DNA of 64,000 nucleotides, from assembly GCA_964586515.1 (NCBI GenBank), contig CAZPGJ010000001.1:158390-222389 (forward strand), written 5' to 3'. This DNA comes from an uncultured Dehalococcoidales bacterium. GTDB lineage: Bacteria > Chloroflexota > Dehalococcoidia > GIF9 > AB-539-J10. The notes beneath the pieces are model-generated. The model was not told the origin of the DNA. It worked only from the letters and a program-made list of their open reading frames with translations, and did no database searches. Below are positions 61,715-64,000 of this stretch, piece by piece; positions within the stretch are counted from its first letter, which is position 1, and every line of letters starts with the position of its first letter. Both the position numbers and the translations under genes were made by a program.

Positions 61715-62713
61715 TTGGTAATCCAGTATCTCATAGTATTCAAGGATTATCTCATTGAGATATTGCCCTTCCTGGCAATAGGGTTCCTACTGAGTGGCTT
61801 AATTCACGAATTTGTCCCTTCAAACTGGGTGGAGAGACGCCTCGGTGGACGAGGTTTGAAGCCAATCCTTTACTCCACCCTTATCGGGACAATCCTTCCC
61901 ATCTGCTGTTTCGGCTCCCTCCCGGTGGCGGTGAGCCTGCACCAGAAAGGGGCAAGGTTAGGACCAGTTCTAGCTTTCCTGGTCGCAACGCCAGCTACCT
62001 CCATAACCGCCCTTCTCGTCACCTATGGTCTCCTGGGATTAAAGTTCACCATATTCATCTTCTTTGCCGTGATAGCCATGGGTTTAGTCATGGGGCTGGT
62101 AGGAAATCTCATCAAGGTCAGACCTAAGGTTTTTACTCTTCAAGAGCAACAGGCTCTCGACCCGGTTTGTGGGATGAGTGTCGAGGTAGGGAAAGCGGCT
62201 AAGGCAGAATGTGGCGGAGAGACGTATTACTTTTGCTGTTCCCACTGCCAGCAGGCCTTTGAGGATAATCCAAAGGAGTATATAGGAGCTTATTCTCGGA
62301 ATGTTGCTCACAGAGTAAAGCATGTGTTCAGATATGCCTTTGTGGATATGGTCAAGGATATCGGGCCGGAGTTGCTTCTGGGTCTGGCTCTGGCGGCTTT
62401 GGTAGCAGCGGTGGTTCCGGTGGGGAAGTTCGTTGGTGCTTATCTCAGTGGGGGACTGGGGTATCTTTTCAGCCTTGGCTTTGGCTTAATCATGTATATC
62501 TGCTCCACAGCCAGCGTTCCCCTGGTCCACGCCTTCGTGTCGCAGGGAATGAATATCGGCGCCGGAATGGTGCTCCTGTTGGTGGGCCCCATTACCAGTT
62601 GGGGCACTATCCTGGTCCTGAGAAAGGAATTCAGTGGCAGGACCCTGGCTATTTATCTGGCGGTCGTCAGCGTAATGTCTCTGGCTCTGGGCTACTGCTT
62701 CTCGCTGATATAG
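61715..62713 (+). CDS. Permease of the DUF318/ArsP-like family with an inserted YHS/TRASH-type metal-binding domain
   Basis: Multi-TM protein with LPICCFGS and a cytosolic loop CGMSVEVGKAAKAECGGETYYFCCSHCQQAFEDNP (the YHS pattern). Downstream of arsR-arsM. Confidence 0.55.
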   Translation: MVIQYLIVFKDYLIEILPFLAIGFLLSGLIHEFVPSNWVERRLGGRGLKPILYSTLIGTILPICCFGSLPVAVSLHQKGARLGPVLAFLVATPATSITALLVTYGLLGLKFTIFIFFAVIAMGLVMGLVGNLIKVRPKVFTLQEQQALDPVCGMSVEVGKAAKAECGGETYYFCCSHCQQAFEDNPKEYIGAYSRNVAHRVKHVFRYAFVDMVKDIGPELLLGLALAALVAAVVPVGKFVGAYLSGGLGYLFSLGFGLIMYICSTASVPLVHAFVSQGMNIGAGMVLLLVGPITSWGTILVLRKEFSGRTLAIYLAVVSVMSLALGYCFSLI

Positions 62714-62829
62714 TGGTGTGGGGTGGCAGGAAAGGAAGGCCATCTGGTAATTGTGTATAATAAGGACATGTAACTGAACTGCGGGTGGGGCTAACGAGAA
62801 CCTCATATGCCAGAGGATAACGTAAAGGG

Positions 62830-63591
62830 TTGAAAGATAAGGGCAGGCACATGTTAACGAAGGACGATTTAACCAGATACGAACGCCAGATTTTGTATAC
62901 AAGCTTTGGTGAGAACGGTCAAAAGAGACTTAAACAGTCCCACGTAGTGGTAGCCGGACTCGGTGGACTGGGATGCTCTGCTTCTCTATATCTGACGTGT
63001 GCCGGCGTAGGGCATATCACCTTAATAGACTGTGACCGTGTAGAACTCTCTAATTTAAACCGGCAGATTCTTCATTATGAGGAGGATATTGGAGAGGGAA
63101 AGCCCTTGTCCGCAGCACAGAAGCTGGCTAAATTAAATTCTTCAATAAAGGTTACTCCTGTTTTCAAGAAGATTACTGAACGTAATGCCAGAGAAATTAT
63201 CAAAGGAGCAAATCTGGTAATAGACGGGATGGATAATTTCAAGACCAGATTTATTCTTAACAAGGCGTGTGTTGCCGGAGGAATACCCTTCATCCACGGG
63301 GGTGTCCACGGCCTCTTTGGCGAGGTTACTACTATACTCCCGAGGAGGACGCCCTGCCTTGCCTGCATTTTTCCGGAAGTTCCCCAGAGAAGAATTACGT
63401 TTCCTGTTTTTGGTGTGACGCCGGCCTTGATTGCTATCTTACAAGTGACAGAAGCAATTAAGCTGCTGGCCGGCTTCGGGTCTTTGCTAACAGGGAAGAT
63501 GTTATATTTCAATGGTGACACAATGGATTTCACATTCCGTAACCTCGTAAGAAACCCAAATTGCAAGGTCTGCGGGACGAAGGAGTTTTAA
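62830..63591 (+). CDS. ThiF/MoeB/HesA-family E1-like adenylyltransferase
   Basis: Glycine-rich GLGGLGC nucleotide-binding motif, a CxxC pair (CLAC...CKVC) and the family LSNLNRQ motif. Confidence 0.8.
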   Translation: MKDKGRHMLTKDDLTRYERQILYTSFGENGQKRLKQSHVVVAGLGGLGCSASLYLTCAGVGHITLIDCDRVELSNLNRQILHYEEDIGEGKPLSAAQKLAKLNSSIKVTPVFKKITERNAREIIKGANLVIDGMDNFKTRFILNKACVAGGIPFIHGGVHGLFGEVTTILPRRTPCLACIFPEVPQRRITFPVFGVTPALIAILQVTEAIKLLAGFGSLLTGKMLYFNGDTMDFTFRNLVRNPNCKVCGTKEF

Positions 63592-63866
63592 AAATTAGCA
63601 TCACGGTAAGGCTTCATCCGATTTTACAACACCTTGCTGGAGGGCAAGAAGTGGTTGCAGTGACCGGTCATACCACTGGTGAATGCCTTGAGGATTTGGA
63701 AAGCCGTTTCCCCGGTATTAAACAACTGATTCGTGATAAACGAGGGCAGCTACGTCGCTATTGTGAAATTCTTGTTAACTCCAAGTCCACCTATCCTAAT
63801 GAACTAACTACCCCGGTGAAAGATGGAGACCACATTGACATTGAGGTTTTTGTCACTGGGGGATAA
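63561..63866 (+). CDS. ThiS/MoaD-like ubiquitin-fold sulfur-carrier protein ending in Gly-Gly
   Basis: About 90-100 aa with C-terminal ...VFVTGG. Start uncertain (the ATG at 63561 overlaps the thiF-like 3' end). Confidence 0.5.
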   Translation: MQGLRDEGVLKISITVRLHPILQHLAGGQEVVAVTGHTTGECLEDLESRFPGIKQLIRDKRGQLRRYCEILVNSKSTYPNELTTPVKDGDHIDIEVFVTGG

Positions 63867-63867
63867 T

Positions 63868-64000
63868 GACAAGGCAAGACAGTGACTCCATGGCTAAAAT
63901 AATTGCCGTTTGTAAGAGCGAAGAGAAGGGTACCAGAAAGAAGGCTGTAGCCGAAGGCATTCTTAAGGAAGATTATGGCCTGGTCGGCGATGCCCACGCC
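63868..64000 (+). CDS. Partial gene (5' end only): MOSC-domain-like protein
   Basis: Open frame to the window edge: KIIAVCKSEEKGTRKKAVAEGILKEDYGLVGDAHA resembles the MOSC/YiiM N-terminal pattern. Confidence 0.35.

Noticed and set aside
1-64000. CRISPR array
   Set aside because: The repeat families are dispersed or nested, with irregular spacing and variable length. No run of equal-length direct repeats separated by unique, similarly sized spacers, and no cas genes.

Overview
The window is a gene-dense chromosomal segment of about 50% GC that looks bacterial and most resembles a Chloroflexota/Dehalococcoidia genome; that placement is inferred, not established. The inference rests on a dcw cluster reduced to mraZ-rsmH-ftsA-ftsZ with no mur/ftsI/ftsW genes, archaeal-type Thi4 thiazole synthases, a split methylmalonyl-CoA mutase, and COG1900/NIL-ferredoxin homocysteine-synthesis genes.

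Layout:
- 1-3.5 kb: priA (3' end cut by the window edge), rplS and trmD on the minus strand.
- 3.7-7.6 kb: mraZ-rsmH-ftsA-ftsZ with a near-consensus promoter and TGGGG direct repeats that look like a MraZ operator.
- 7.7-17.7 kb: a pyrimidine operon with a PyrR-binding loop and attenuator upstream, then pyrR, pyrB (carrying a C-terminal PyrI-like zinc domain), pyrC, carA, a small membrane ORF, carB, pyrK and a YjbQ-like gene.
- 17.9-21.6 kb: a four-gene envelope-modification block on the minus strand (SAM methyltransferase, CE4 deacetylase, GT4 glycosyltransferase, UPF0104 membrane protein).
- 21.8-26.9 kb: proB and proA separated by a 2.6 kb insert carrying hicA, hicB, a small restriction-endonuclease-like ORF and an SPPY-motif DNA methyltransferase.
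- 27.1-30.7 kb: mscS, then a minus-strand array of four HicB-like antitoxin genes with two degraded HicA-like ORFs, a 238-aa hypothetical protein and a thrice-repeated ~30-nt motif.
- 30.8-37.7 kb: hisB-hisC-hisD and a tandemly duplicated hisG on the minus strand, plus a HisZ/HisS-like gene.
- 37.8-43.3 kb: an nfeD-nfeD(short)-SPFH operon and a split MCM (large catalytic part, epimerase, B12-binding part).
- 43.3-49.8 kb: pyrD, a homocysteine-synthesis trio (COG2122-like, NIL-ferredoxin, COG1900/DUF39), thi4 and a solitary LivJ-like binding lipoprotein.
- 50.6-64 kb: cysS, then a long plus-strand sulfur block: rrf2, cysK, thi4-like, cysE, a Cys/Met-family PLP enzyme, thrC-like, a NIL protein, iscS, a Cys-rich membrane protein, iscU, arsR-arsM-arsP-like, a ThiF/MoeB E1, a Gly-Gly-ended ThiS/MoaD-like protein and a partial MOSC gene.

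The most striking signal is several interrelated palindromic repeat families. An ~85-bp GC-rich structured element (GTCATTGCGAGCGACCTGCCCGCC...GGCAGGCGGGAGCGAAGCAATCTC) sits in frame inside pyrC, pyrK, proA and hisG, with degenerate copies in carA and at the hisD 5' end. Compound relatives with 11-bp terminal inverted repeats (GTCATTGCGAG...CTCGCAATGAC) pile up in non-coding stretches. A second ~28-bp perfect palindrome (CCCAGCACTCAG...CTGAGTGCTGGG) occurs three times, once in frame in carB, with compensatory stem changes. An AT-rich intergenic family ('caaaatgcaaa', 'gtcattttgatttttgacc') occurs in at least six spacers. This resembles the in-frame palindromic elements of Rickettsia.

I found no rRNA, tRNA or CRISPR array.
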